The notes: a model not told the origin generated them from the letters alone. A stretch of DNA of 63,631 nucleotides, filler included, from Octopus bimaculoides (GCF_001194135.2; 7 parts of 7 records of this genome joined end to end with filler, not necessarily neighbours in it), one strand, 5' to 3'; shown: positions 1 to 14,028, counted from the first letter of the whole stretch. Translations and numbers: made by a program.

Positions 1-1540
1 ATATATATATATACATTTATATATATATATATATACATTTATATATAGGTATACGCGCATATAATCAAATACATACACTTATACAGCTACACACAGGCAC
101 ACATAGACAGACAAAGGCACATACATACACTCACGTACACACACATATATTTACAGAAAGCGGGCGAGCAAAATCTTTGTTAGTGATTAAAGTGTAATCC
201 TTCAGTTTCATAAGATATTGTAGGTTGATCCTGTTCTGTTATTCACACAAACCTGTCATCATATACAGCTGCTCTGGATATCAAAGAAAAGTCCAGTATA
301 ATGTTATTTACTTGAGAAAATCCTTATTATTCGATATCCAAAGAAATTATACCATTAGTTTTTCGGGAATGAATGAAAGCAGGATAATATCTGGCAATAT
401 CCAATGGTTCTATTGTATTGATTTACGATATCACGCGTAATTTTATACAATACTGAGATATCCTACGAAACAGATAGTATCGTTGTCGGCTATCTCGATA
501 AATATCGTATCAATCTGCGATATCAAATGATTGGGTAACAACATAGTTCTATAATACTGTGTGAAATTAAATGATCAAATCATAATATCACCCATAACTA
601 ATATATATTTAATGTAAGTATCACAGTTTGATATCCAATATCCAATGAATTGACATAATTACTTCTTCATCAGATTCCAATCTCGTAATTATAATAACGT
701 ACCAATATCCACAGGAATTAAAACTGTTTAACCTCATCTAATGAAAGCATACCCTTACTCTTAAGCATACAATAAAACTATGATATTTTCATCTTATACA
801 CACTGGAAACAATTCATATTGTCGTATCATATCATCGTATAACACATAGTGAAACATTCAGTTAAAATACGGAGACTCGGGGTTTTACGATATCCAACGC
901 GCCAATAGTTGGCATCAATTCGACCATTGTTATACGATATCCATGCAAAATATAACATTAGGCATCAGTATAACAAACTATGATGAAATTCTGAAATATC
1001 TAGTAAAACTTTATTGTCAAATAATATGAAAAACACGAAAAGCACATGAACAAATTGGAAAGTTACTCAACTAACTCTAGCATAATTGAGAGTTAGACTA
1101 GATTCAACTGGTAATAGCTTTGATTATCTTGTGACAATGTAGTTACTGCCATTAGCATTGATGTATAATATAATATTTATATTAATTAATAATCAATCAA
1201 GATATCATATTTTGAATCTGACAACCTATTAGATGCATCGATTGTTGATAGGTCGTCTGCAAGTGTAACTGTATTATGACGCTGTTCATGCATATTATCA
1301 CACACCGACACACAAATGATGAGAGAAGCGCTGAGAATGAGTACGTATGTAGGACTATGTGAAAGTATGTATATACGAGGAGATCTCTCACACACCTTTC
1401 TCTCCCTCTTTTGTATGTTTGTACATAGTTATGCACATACATACATAATACATAGAGACACAAACACAAGCTCGTGTCTATTCATACGTACATACATATA
1501 TATTTATATATTTATATTTACATATATGTATTAGTGTATG

Positions 1541-1571
<31 letters not shown>

Positions 1572-1749
1572 GTATATATATATATACGAAATACCTTTAT
1601 TTCTGTATATACGTGTCTGCATACGCATACACACATACACACACACAAACACAGACACACATATAAAGTGACAGAGGAAGAGGAGGAAAGACAGGGTATC
1701 TTGTGTGCACAAATAGATACACAACTGCAACTATTAACTTTAGCATTCC

Positions 1750-2200
1750 AATGAAGAAACCTTGGATCTTGGTTAGAAACCGGCTCATTCTGTCTTGGCA
1801 GGAAACCTTGAAATAACTACTGGGATTACTTTTGTGTGGAATTTCCTTGGCCAAATCCTAGTATGTTCTCCTATTTTCTCTTGTTCTTTGACCACAGTAT
1901 TGATGTCCGTAGATATAGCCACACCTTTGATGGCGCACTGTTTTTCCCTTTGTCCAGAACGATAATGTCTGGTCGGCTTGCATGAGTTTGGCGATCAGTT
2001 TATGCATTAAAATCCCATAAGGTCTTCTCTATTACACTTTCTGTTTTATGTTGCTACCATTTTCTTCCTACTTAAAATCCTCTGTGAAGTAATATGTCCC
2101 AGTGTCGTTCTTTGGCCACACAGTCGTACTTGCGTCTAAATTCCTTCTGTGCCAAAGAACTTCATCAACTTATGTGCACACCAAAATCCCCGTTCTCATT
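1750..2200 (-). mobile_element. Degenerate Dong/R4-clade non-LTR retrotransposon fragment (restriction-like endonuclease region)
   Basis: Minus-strand translation with stops and frameshifts gives SLAQKEFRRKYDCVAKERHWD...QHKTESVIEKTLWDF...TDRQTHASRPDIIVLDKGK...KEQEKI...TKVIPVVI, the pattern of R4/Dong RLE domains. It lies next to an (ATT)n tract at about 2285-2450. Confidence 0.7.
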
Positions 2201-2283
2201 TGGCCTTAATGAAATTCATCTGTGATGACTGGCCTTGTGCAACCATTTTGAGCCATTCGCTTCATTATGAGTCCTACCGCTGC

Positions 2284-2284
<1 letters not shown>

Positions 2285-2345
<61 letters not shown>

Positions 2346-2372
2346 TTATTATTGTTATTATTATTACTATTA

Positions 2373-2427
<55 letters not shown>

Positions 2428-2465
2428 CATTATTGTTATTATTATTATCGTTGTTGTTGTTGATA
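2285..2465. repeat. (ATT)n microsatellite
   Basis: Read directly from the sequence. Confidence 0.95.
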
Positions 2466-3328
2466 ATAGTAGTAGGTTTAGCAGCAGCCGTAGTGATTTT
2501 TTAGTACGAATATTACTTTTTATTTTCTTTTATTTTCCATTCTAAAAGATGTTGCTTGCTAAACATATTCATTGTCAACGCATAGATTCACACAAACCGA
2601 CGCAAACGCCAAATTAATTTTGAAAGTAGCAAAAATATCAATAAAACGCAAAAGATTGTAAATAAAAAAATAAACATAAACATTACCAACGAAAACCAAA
2701 TAAATAAAACACACAAATAAAAACCAAGCAAAACAAAAACAGACATTTTAATAAGATCTGGAAACATTATTCTAAGGAAGAAATGATGGCAAAAGTTCAT
2801 AGCTGAAGAAGATAATTCAGCGGACGGTTTTATAAGTACTTTTTATATATTTTTATAGAATTCATAAGTATTTTCCCATACATGTTTATATAATTTATAT
2901 ATAGTTCAGCTATATGTTTCTTAACGCTTATTATTGTCACATATACACATATCTTTTCTACTTAAAAACAACCGTAACAAGGAGGGCAACAACAAATGTA
3001 GCAGCAACGGTAACAACAGTAGCACCAACAAAGGCAATAATGTTAACAACTATAGAAATATGAACAAAAAAAAAGTAACAGCATGTACAAGAAAAAATAT
3101 AAAAGACAGATCCCAACCAAGAGGATATATAAAGTACTTCAAGATTTCTACGATTCATTCCACATCCTGCAACTTAGAGAAATTATATTTAAAAATGTCT
3201 CCGTTGAGCAATTAACGAAAGAAATATCTCGGTAGATTTTCCAAAGAATATTTCTTAATTGACAGGAAATCAAATTTGTATTTCTTGTGTATATGTATGT
3301 TGTGTATATATACATACGTGTGTGTGTG

Positions 3329-3376
<48 letters not shown>

Positions 3377-3696
3377 AATACATACATACATACATACACT
3401 CACACACATACATATGTATGTATGCTTGTGTTTAGCATGTGCGCGCGCGCGTATGTGTGTGTGTGTATTTGTTTTCTACTATTGTTGACTACTATTGGAA
3501 AATTTCTTTTTCTTTTTCATTATCAGAAATTTTACTTTTTTTTAAAGATTATTCTATTTATTTATTTCCCATTTAAAATTCTTGAAAATTTGTTTTTCGC
3601 GATGTTCCTATTGTTCTGTTCTTGCTTTGGTTGTTACTATGTATCCACATTAGTGACTGACAATTCATTTTCTTTTTCTCCTCCTCCTTCTTCTTT

Positions 3697-3763
<67 letters not shown>

Positions 3764-3788
3764 GCTGCTGTTACTACTACTACTACTG

Positions 3789-3826
<38 letters not shown>

Positions 3827-3857
3827 GCTGCTGCTGCTGTTACTACTACTACTACTG

Positions 3858-3889
<32 letters not shown>

Positions 3890-3900
3890 GCTGCTGCTGT

Positions 3901-3978
<78 letters not shown>

Positions 3979-4081
3979 TAAGAATAACAACAGTAAAAAG
4001 AATATAAATACAATAATAACAACGATAATGATGATGATGATGATGATGATGATGATAATGATGACGATGATGATGATGATG

Positions 4082-4131
<50 letters not shown>

Positions 4132-4140
4132 GACAACAAT
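3697..4140. repeat. Compound triplet microsatellite (ACT)n/(GCT)n/(AAT)n/(GAT)n
   Basis: Read directly; it explains the poly-T/N/M/I ORFs in the track. Confidence 0.95.
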
Positions 4141-4395
4141 AATACGTGTTTGCTTTTTTGTAAAGTATATAATGAAATATGGCACCCATAATATAGTATA
4201 CATTATATAATATAGCTTCGTAATAAAATGAAATGTTATATAGGCATAAAAGAAATGTGTAAACAAATATTATTGATATGTTGTTATAAATATTTTTGTC
4301 TCAAAAGTATCAGTTTCATACAGCGATGTACAGTCGTCAGTAAGTGACAGCGATGTGGACAGTATAGCAAAAGCACACAAGTACTTCTGCTACCT

Positions 4396-4459
<64 letters not shown>

Positions 4460-4489
4460 CGTGTGAATAGATAATTACAATCCATATCA

Positions 4490-4800
4490 ATATCAGTTCA
4501 TATGCTCTCGATCAAATTGGACAGCAAGCTGACACCGCTTCTTTCTGTTTGCTGTAGTTTTTTCAACATCCGGTCACGTGATATTGGTCTCTCTCGTGTC
4601 AGTTATGAATGTTCTTAACCATGTAGGTTTCGCTGTTCCTTCCTTTTACCCTCCGATGTTGCCCATTTGAAAAGTGTTTTAGAATGGCTTTGTTCTCGTA
4701 ATCGGAGTATGTAACCTGTTAGTTTTACCCATCGTTCTAGGATGATTTCGTTACAAGGTCTCGTGTTGGTTCAAAACGTTTTCATTGGATACGTGCTTTT
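4490..4800 (-). mobile_element. Degenerate RTE-clade LINE 3' end
   Basis: Minus strand reads CNEIILERWVKLTGYILRLREQSHSKTLFKW..EGKRK..AKPTWLRTFITDTRETNIT*PDVEKTTANRKK, resembling the RTE C-terminal RRW.W.GH.LR...GKR..GRP..TW motif. Confidence 0.6.
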
Positions 4801-5679
4801 GAGATAAAACTTTCGAATTCAAATGACACCTTAAACGAATGATTAATTCTTGGTTTCGGTGTCCTATATATTAGTCGCTCAAGTTATGACACCTTGCTAT
4901 GATAGGATTCATTATTTAAATAACAAAGAGCGGAGGAATTGTAGAACTGGTAAGCTGAACAGACTAAACGCCTTAAGGTGTTTATTTACAATTCCATCAT
5001 GTATCAAACGTCTTTAGTTGTTAATGTTTGTGTCTATACTGAAAATATTGAATTCATCTTTGGTAGAGTCAATGGAATACCAGCGTCTACTCGGTTCGAT
5101 TCTATCGATTACAGAATTCACCCTTCGCATATTTATAACTTTGGTGATGTCGAATATTATTAGAAAGAGAAATATTTATTGCGCATCCTGTCACTTATCT
5201 TGCTTGTATTCCTCAAATAAGCCATTTTTTTTATAGAAACCGATATCGATGAGGATTAGGTTGATTCAAATTATTTCAATGTTTAAAAGTAGTCTTTACT
5301 ATTTGAAGTCATGTGAACGCTTTCAAATTAATACTTTTATAGCTGTCAGGACACTATTAAATATCTTCCCTTCCAGGAGACGGGCTAGTCTCATTAATAC
5401 ACATTCATATTTCGTTGGTTTTCAATACAGAGATATTATTAGCTTTTCCTTGATGGTTGTTCAATATCTATGTTTGAAAATAAGATTTTATTATTTTATG
5501 TTGAATTCATAAATTTAAATACTTCATTTTCCTTCCATATTGCAAGTTAGCTTTAACTGCAAGATATTAGTAGTGACTAGAGTAATTTATATTATGGTAT
5601 TTCGTCAATTAAAATATATAATATTCGTCTAAAAGATGGCAGAAGTAGGACTTACACAAGAACCGATAGCAATGCCATC

Positions 5680-6235
5680 ACATAAATGTTTAAGGTAGTG
5701 AAAGAGAAGGCAAGGCACTGACAAAACTTCTATGTGGTCAACTGAACTGGTAAAAATAGTAACTAAATATTTCTCATATCACACCTAACTGTTATAGTTT
5801 TCTGTTAAAAAATTGAGATAGATTATGTTTGAAATATAGAAAAACCACGGTTAGGAGTGCGTTGATTATAGGACTGAGTGGCTAGGGCCGAGATGAAGTT
5901 GGCTGATATGCAATAACAACAACAACCAAAGCAGTAACTGTGTACTAACAAAAATCTCGTCTCGAATTGTTAAAGGTTTATTCTCAGCATTGGAAAACAA
6001 TCCACCTTTATAGAGCTAACGAAGGAGAAGCCATATGGTCATAAGCGTGTTAGAAATAGCAGCTAAATTGTCTTCATATCACAGGCTACTATTTAAGAGA
6101 AGGGCTAGTTCACACAGTCTTTTTAGACAGTATCTGAATAAAAAAAAAATGATGGTTTTGGAAGTTTTTGATCATAAGTTTACTCAATAAATCTGACCTG
6201 CGTGAGAGAAATCTAAACAAAAACAAAAAAAAACC
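5680..6235 (+). repeat. Two degenerate copies of an unclassified interspersed repeat (related copies near 19040-19370, 23530-23580, 30620-30840 and 39530-39590)
   Basis: Shared motifs TAGAAATAGCAGCTAAAT...TCACA and TTTGATCATAAG...CTGACC...AAACAACAAC recur at several places in the window. Confidence 0.5.
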
Positions 6236-7659
6236 TTAAGGAGAAAGAGAGAAAAAGTTGACCAGAGCTTAGATTTATTTATCTGTTGCGTGGTTATATT
6301 AAACAATAATTTATTGCCGCGTGGTGGGGAGAGGAGGAGACTGCAAAGATATAAAGTGTAAGAAAATGATGCGTAATGCTAGATGTAAAGTGAAACTGTG
6401 AAAACAAACGGGAGTGATAACAAGGTTGCAGAAGAATTTACGGTCGTAGCTGGGAACTCGGGTAACGCAAACGAGGAGCAAATAACGGAGCGCTTATTTA
6501 TCAACGTTGGCCTGTTGTGTAGAAAAGAATAATATTCAAATTATTCACGGGGGAGGTATTATGTGATTACACACGCACACACACACACACACGCACACAC
6601 GCACACACACGCACACACACACATATGTAATATATACACATACATGCATACATAAGTGTGTGTGGCAATACATTAACAAGACATTTATAGAAAGTTTACT
6701 AGATACGTGCATCCTTGCCCCCCCTCACATTCTCTCTCTTTCGCTCTTTCTCACACACACACTCTCTCTCTCTCTCTCTCTCTCNNNNNNNNNNNNNNNN
6801 NNNNNNNNNNNNNNNNNNNNNNNNNNNNNNNNNNNNNNNNNNNNNNNNNNNNNNNNNNTATATATATATATGTTTGTGTGTGTGTGTGTGTAAACGTATG
6901 TGTAATATACTACACAATACTACACAAATATAAAATGTATATATATGTATTCTTTAATATTATTTATATTTATACATATATGTGTAGACAGTCGCACGTA
7001 TACACGCATACACATATATATACAACACATACACACACGCTTTCTCTCTCACTCAGTCTGTCACTCTCAACCTCTCGCTCTTTCGTTCTCACACGTACAC
7101 CATATTTTTGCTGTTATTTCTATAATATTAATAACTGTCGAACAGCAAAAAAGAAGAAAAATAGAAAGAAAGAAAAGCTTGAATGAGGATTAAAACCAAA
7201 AATCAATAATTGATCTGCAGTGAGTAGGTATCGATAGTATTAAATAACAAATAGTAAAATTAAAAAAAAACAAAACCAAAAAAACGCCACCATTCCCATT
7301 GATTGGTGTCTGACTATTTGAGGTGACAATGACCCCTAGACTTGCCAGAACATTATTATGGACACTCCACGATGAAATTTATATCATATATCAGAAGCCC
7401 AACTGATTATCTTAGGAAAACAAAATCAAAAGCTTCGATTTTTTTTATGATGCCTCTTGTAGTTCTGAGTGCAGAGTTGTATATTTTTTTGTTTTTTACG
7501 CAGAGTAAATGTTCAGAATAATTCTTTTTCAGAGTCTTCCGCACTAACCCATAGATAAGTGGAAGATATCCTTCCACCTGAGAACTGGTCTCTCTGTGTA
7601 CAACAAGTCGCTAAGTATTACCTGATGACCAAAGGAACCATCGCTGGTTTTTGAATAGT

Positions 7660-7850
7660 CGATTAAGTGTCAAATCTGACCGCGTTTACCCCAGTCCCAA
7701 CAATTCACTTCCTTGGATTTATAGCATTTTATGGTCCACGAAAGGATGAAAAAATAAAACGATCATGGTTGGATTTGAACTCAGAGCCCAGAGAATCGGA
7801 ACATGTGCCGTAATGTATTCAATGGAATGTTCCAAAAAAATCTGCCGATG
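7660..7850 (-). mobile_element. Degenerate SINE family B copy
   Basis: GAAAGGATGAAA and ATTTGAACTCAG match the reverse complement of the family B copy at 46581-46795. Confidence 0.5.
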
Positions 7851-8919
7851 TGTAATAGAGGCGTCGATATTGTTTGAAAAGCGCTTATAATGCAAATTAA
7901 ATTTTTAAAAAAGTGAAAGCAGATAGACGGAACGTAAACCAACAGTTTGCAGTTCATATCGTATTTCCATATTTTGGGTATAAAAACCTTTATCAAGAGA
8001 AAATAGGAGAGGGTGATGAACTGATATATTTTACTCACATATATATATGAAGCGTGTGCGATATGAACTGAGTCATATATCATATATAACCAATCCACTT
8101 TATACAACTCGCGTCTGTTGTCAATATATGAAATCAGATTAATAATGAGGATAATCTCCTTAATCCCGAAATTACTCACGTTTTCTTTTTAAGTTTCATG
8201 GTAACAGTGATGACATCGGCAAGGTATTTCCTCAAGTGTTTCTTAACTGATGTATTTGTGCGAATTTCTCTCTTCTTCAATATTTTTTCTTATATAACTT
8301 CGCTTAAGACCGAAGGAAACCTCGCAGTCCACTTTTCGAAATTATTAAACCTAACGACAAAAAGGGAGAAAGATGTTTTTATACCGAAAATCTGGTGTGA
8401 ATACTTTCAACAAAGTCGAACACTAAAAATATACAAAACCCAGGTGGCGCTGTTAATACTGGCAAAGGCTTAATTCTTCTATCCAATGACATGTTCCCGC
8501 AGTTGCTGTCTACTAATTCTTGTTCATGTTAATCAATATTTGTGAAAATACGAACATTTAGTAGAGTCTAAGGTTTAAAACGGAATGGGTGGAACTTACA
8601 ATGGAGCCTCTCTTGGGTTCTCCATCTAATACAGATATTAAGCAAACATTTCTCGTGCTTCAGCATGGCCACAGTTCTCGAGCTGAAACTATAAAAAGAA
8701 ATCACATAGAAACATTTCAAAAACAATGCAAACAAAAATGAAAGATATTCTAATGGACTCCAAGCAGCAGCATCCATCCACCCACAAACGGGAGTTCAAT
8801 ATCATGAGTAGCAGCAGAAGTAGAACCAGCAGCAACAACAATAGCAAGACTACTACTACTACTACTACTACTACTACCACTACTACTACTACCACCACGA
8901 CCACCACGACCACCATCAT

Positions 8920-9040
8920 GTTGGCATAATCGTTAGGGCTTCGAAAACATTTTGGGGTGGCGATTCCTTTCGATTCTACGTTCTGAGTTCAAATTATGTC
9001 GAGGTCAATTTTAACTGTTACCTTGCCAGAGTTAAAATGG
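8920..9040 (+). mobile_element. Degenerate SINE family B 5' half
   Basis: TTGGCATAATCGTTAG...CTACGTTCTGAGTTCAAATT...GAGGTCAA is similar to the family B head. Confidence 0.6.
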
Positions 9041-9100
9041 AAAAAAAAGGAACACTTATAATAATAATAAGTGCCACTCATAATAATTATTGCGAAGTTA

Positions 9101-9131
<31 letters not shown>

Positions 9132-9204
9132 CTTCTTTTTCTTCTTCTTCTTCTTCTCTTCTTCTTAATTATTTTCATTTCTGTACTAGTTCCATTATTA
9201 TGCC

Positions 9205-9350
9205 ACTTTTTGTATCTCTTTTGTTACATTTCCCTCAGAATTTGTTAGACTGTTCCATACTTGATGCCACACATTCCACAAAAGGAGCGATTTACTACTC
9301 TTCTGTATTTGGAACTTGGTGTAATTAGTTCTCAGAGATTGTCCTTTCGC
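9205..9350 (-). mobile_element. Dong/R4 fragment, CCHC zinc-knuckle region
   Basis: Minus strand reads QSLRTNYTKFQIQKSSKSL-CGMCGIKYGTV*QILRE, corresponding to the R4/Dong QAL.TN..K..I.K....CRMC....ETV.HI..C motif. Confidence 0.6.
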
Positions 9351-9752
9351 ACCACTTTTCCTTACGCACCTCCAACGGTTGGTCTTGTCTTTCCAATTGA
9401 TTCCAAAATCAATAGTTACCGGATAGTTACCATATCAAATGTCAGCTCTAATTTTCCCTCTTGATTATAACCAATATCCTTCTTTTATGCTAATCAGCAA
9501 CTTCAAACTTCTTACTTTCAACCGCATAGGGATTACATCAACATTCCGAACCATGCCATTCATCTCCTAATTTAGTTGTTCTGAATTTGTTGGAATCGTA
9601 TATTCTATTTATAATGCATGATGCGTGGTTCATAACTCTTCATCTTTGCATCTATAGCACCTACCCATTATTTCACCTCTTCAGTTACCGTATTAATCTT
9701 GTTTCAGCTGATATTGTACTCCCCTGCCAGTTGTTCAATCTTACCTCTTTAC

Positions 9753-9783
<31 letters not shown>

Positions 9784-9791
9784 GTTATTAT

Positions 9792-10315
9792 TTACTTTTA
9801 ATCTGCATGCTTGTTACAGTCACTTGCCGAGAAACACCCAGCGTCTTAGCGCGTGTGAAGGATAAGAGATGTTATAGTATGAAAGAAATCTTGAAGAGGG
9901 AAAGTGGCAGGGGCAGTAGTGAAATATCTTCATGCTATACAACAGACATTTAAATTGATAGGGTTTTTCTAAGGATGTGGTGAGTCCTTGTCAGCACGCT
10001 GTTTTGGATTTCTGAGACATGGTTCTCCTGGGATATTATCAAGATATTTTTGACGGGCGCCCACAATAACAGGAACAGTTCTCTTTAAGATTCCACATCT
10101 TTTGTGTTTCAATTTCCAGGTCCTTCTATTTACTTAATTTGTCAAATTCCTTTACAGATATATTTTTATCAATGGGAACACTTACATCTATTAGTCTACA
10201 AGTTTTTTTTTTTCTTTTTGTCTTTAATGACTATGTCTGGTTGTTTAGCCTGTATCCTTCTGTCTGCATTGACTGGAAAATTTCGGAGGATAGTTACATT
10301 TCTATCTTGAAAGAC
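9792..10315 (-). mobile_element. 5'-truncated Dong/R4 element (RLE domain plus 3' UTR) flanked by (ATT)n tracts
   Basis: Minus strand reads VTILRNFPVNADRRIQAKQPDIVIKDKKKKTCRLIDVSVPIDKNISVKEFDKLSK*KDLEIETQKMWNLK..VPVIVGA...EIQNSVLTRTHHILRKTLSI*, containing the PD..D RLE motif. (ATT)n tracts lie at about 9752-9790 and 10316-10355. Confidence 0.85.
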
Positions 10316-10355
<40 letters not shown>

Positions 10356-10650
10356 TTATTTTCTCTTAATCACAGGTTTTGTTGGAGTTCTTGGAGTCTT
10401 GCATGCATAGAGGGCTTGCTACCTGCAGTCTACAGTACCATGCTATTCGTTCTCTCCAGCTATGTAATACTTTCCTGGTTATTCTGGCTGTGCCAAGGAG
10501 GCAAATCTTTTGTAACAGTTCTACTGGACACTATTCCAATTTTTTTTATGTTCTTCTTGATGTCTTCTGATACTATTTACAAGCACCCAACAATTATTGG
10601 CACTATCTTCACCTTCTACCTTTTCTATAGCCTGGCTACTTCGTACTTAA
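10356..10650 (-). mobile_element. Dong/R4 3' end (different subfamily) ending in an (AAT)n tail
   Basis: Minus strand reads KVKIVPIIVGCL*IVSEDIKKNIKKIGI..PVELLQKICLLGTARITRKVL, followed by a UTR running into AAAATAATAATAAT. Confidence 0.75.
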
Positions 10651-10699
10651 CAGAGTTGTACCTATCTATGGTTTCGCCTTCCTTCTTGACTATTCATGA

Positions 10700-10875
10700 A
10701 AGTGATAAGTTAATTCCATCGACACCAGTTTTCAACTGGTACTTATTTTACCGACTCCGGGACGATGAAAAGTAAAATCCACTCCGGTAGCATTTGAACT
10801 TAGAATATAATGTCGGAAGAAATGCGACTAAACATTGTTTGAAGCGTGGTAACGTTTCTACTAGCTCACTGCCAT
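10700..10875 (-). mobile_element. SINE family B copy
   Basis: CATCGACACCAG...CTGGTACTTATTTTACCGAC...ATTTGAACTTAGAA...CTAGCTCAC is the reverse complement of family B. Confidence 0.7.
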
Positions 10876-11675
10876 ATCAACAACAACAACAATAACAACA
10901 GCATATATACCTCACTATATGACATCTATTACAGACAATCAATCTGTCGTTAGCTTCTATTCAGCTTGATGTCACTCGGCTCGTCTTCCAGCAGGTCGAA
11001 CATTTAATTCTTCTTTTATCTGTGTTACTTTATTATCAAAGTACAAAGTTCCCTTTGTCCATCAGATAACAATTTCCTGGATGAGTGTTGTAAACCTCAA
11101 TAATGCACACTACATAGTAGTGTGTCACAATAAAAATATATGAAGGTGGATGGAAAAATCTAAAACTAATAATAATGAAAGCAACCATTCTTTTCATCTC
11201 GATAAAATAGACAACAGAGGTTTTGTCGCCAAGAATAGCAGTCAATGTAAGCCAATAAATATATTTTGCTGAACTCAGTAACTCAAATGACAGTGATTTG
11301 TCACCAACCAAGAAACGAGAACGCCATTGATCTAACTTGAATAAAAGCAGACGATATGCGTTTGACACTATTAAAACTAGTTCAGTCAATACAATAATGG
11401 AGACAATTAATGATATTCTAATAGCCTCATGGAAAGAGAGTAATAAAACCTACCTCCATACCCACTACACACGCGCGCGTGCTCGCACACACACGTCTGC
11501 GTAAGACAGTAAACCTGAGTATTAGTAACGTTTTATGGTTATTTGAGTATACATATCTATGTGTATAAATATATGTGATAGAAAACAGATAAACATTACT
11601 ATATATATGGTGATGTTTATCTGTTTTTGATCATATATATTTACATACATACATACATACATACATATACACATA

Positions 11676-11737
<62 letters not shown>

Positions 11738-14028
11738 AATTTTGACAACCGTCATCCATACTAACAGTGTCACCATAATCCTTGTCACAATCATCATCAT
11801 CACCACCATCAACATCGCCATCTTCTCTACACGTCGTCATTTTCACCGTTACTTGCAACAAAATGGTGTCGTATCCAGGACAGTGATTTGGCAGCGAACT
11901 CAAGAGGCTTCTAATGCTAGTTGCGTGTGAGGACGTGCAGTTCCGTTCACTCATTCGCTAAAGCAAATAAATATTCGATCGATTAATTAAAAGAGTTCTT
12001 GCTGCTGTTGCTAGCCGCAGGTTACGACTGATAGGACAAGATAAACATATAATCGCTTTTCATTCCTGATGTGACCAGAACACATATTCCTTTATAATAG
12101 CATACACTGGATAATTCTATCTAGTGGGAAAGTGTGTGAAAACAACAAAACAAGAAAATCAAACAACAATAAACAACGAACATGTCTCTATAGTGTATAG
12201 CTTTAATGTTAAACTGAGACGACTTAATACTGAGTGTCCCAGAATTGATTATGTATTTCAATGAAATCAAGCCAAAAAAAAAAAAAACTGACAGAATTTT
12301 ATGTTTATTACACAATTATGATTCCAAAACAAATAGAATTATATATCTACGTAAAACGTTTGTTGAAGATTTTCAATATATGCTCCGTCCGAATCCCTGC
12401 AAATTTCAAATTTATTCTTAGCGTTGCGAAACACATTTTTGAATTATTTCAGGAGTTATCTCCTGCACTGCTAACTAAATACGTTCAGCTGAACTATTGC
12501 TCCATCCTCGAGATGGAGGTAGTAGAAATGATTGCTTCCAAATTGAAAAAAAGCTGTCGTGGACAGATAAGCGAAATCCAACAGGAATTAAAATAAAACT
12601 ATAAGGAAAATTATAAAAATTATAGAATTAGAAACTGAACTTTTAAAAAAATTGTCCGAGTTCACCGAAATACATTGTTAATTCAGGGAAACTAGAATGC
12701 GATAAAAAAAAAACAGGAATTAGCAGTAAACAATAAAGAGTTATTAAGTGGAGTTTATGAGGAATAGAAGAAATATTACCAGAAAACAGTGAACACCAGT
12801 TAAAGATTTTTTTATTAATTTTGCGCTGTACGAAAAAATAAAGAATGAGTGTGTACTCAATGTCTTGGATAGAGCTCTTTTGATAACATTTGATGTGGTG
12901 TTAGAAGGCATTTTATGATTTACTTCTGTCACCTGTAGAAGCACTGAGGCGTTGGAAGGTGTTTTGAAGTGTTCAGTTCAGGTGTGGACTCCTGGAATTG
13001 TTACCGTAATAAGATGGCATCGTTCATATCCCAGCAGAAGCGGTTCCCTCCTCTACGTGGACGTGTGTGATCAGAAATGGCCATCCGCTCACCGCAACAA
13101 ATCTGTGTGTGAAAAATCATTCTAACGGTAGAGTTGGTTGCATTTGTTACTGTCAAGTATTTATGCCCCGTTCTGGTAAACTATCCTAACACTCTGGAAA
13201 TTATCAAACTGGTGACGTCAAAGACCTCATAACCAAGTTCTGCCAAAATATATCTAGTAGGTATCCAACCAAAATTGACCAAGCCATGCCAATATGAAGA
13301 CCAAACTGGCCGGCTGAAAATATATTTCTTATAAGCAAAACGTTTGATAATCTTAAATAACTTAATATTCAACACAAATGAAATTTATCTAAATATTTCA
13401 TTCATTATTCACTTTTTTCCTTTATTTCTTTATTTAGTTGCTATGAGCCTGTCTTTGCTGCAGCAAAAACTCAAATTTGTAAAGTTTTTCTTTTACATAC
13501 AAATATGTATTATTCTTCATTAAGTTACTCAACTTCTTTAATATATCTCTTAAAATTATCAGATATTGAATTAATGTTGTTTTATTGAGAATGCTTTTAA
13601 AAAAGTCTTTCATGCTCATCATTACCGCTGCTAAGTTATCATACGACCGGAAATTCTCTGTAGTTGTCTGCACTTTTCTTGATATAATTGTAATATAATT
13701 GTAACGCACTAATATTAATTGTTTTTTCCTCGCTGCAATTATTTGCAGTTAGTTATTTTCTGTTTTAGTAGTCCACATATCAAATCAATCGGTCGTCATT
13801 TTTCTCTTATTCTTTAATAGTGTCTCTACGTGATTTAAACTCTAAACAATTCTCTATTTTCTCACAACTGCCAATAAAATGTCTTGTTTAGCGATCCTCA
13901 TGCAACTGCTTCAGCAAGTACGGTGAAAGAGAAGTTAGTGGTTTCCTCATAATTAGACACAACCACGTCAGCCTTGTTCCATGGGCATTTCTAAATACTC
14001 TATTTTTTCCCTCACTAATCACAAGCAA

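Noticed and set aside
3287-4266. Long ORFs of 174-307 aa with poly-T/S/V/I/M runs
   Set aside because: Translations of triplet microsatellites, which lack stops in several frames; no domain content. The same applies to the YIYI, HTHT, CVCV, LSIY and ERER ORFs throughout.
7618-7650. CTGATGA motifs at about 7623, 43045 and 57857 as hammerheads
   Set aside because: No properly placed GAAA, stem III and stem I combination could be built.
11150-11329. 59-codon ORF MEKSKTNNNESNHS...SPTKKRERH
   Set aside because: Short, in-frame stop just upstream, no usable acceptor in frame, no homology.
12452-12596. Possible terminal exon ELSPALLTKYVQLNYCSILEMEVVEMIASKLKKSCRGQISEIQQELK*
   Set aside because: Only a modest acceptor, no recognisable homology and no partner exon.
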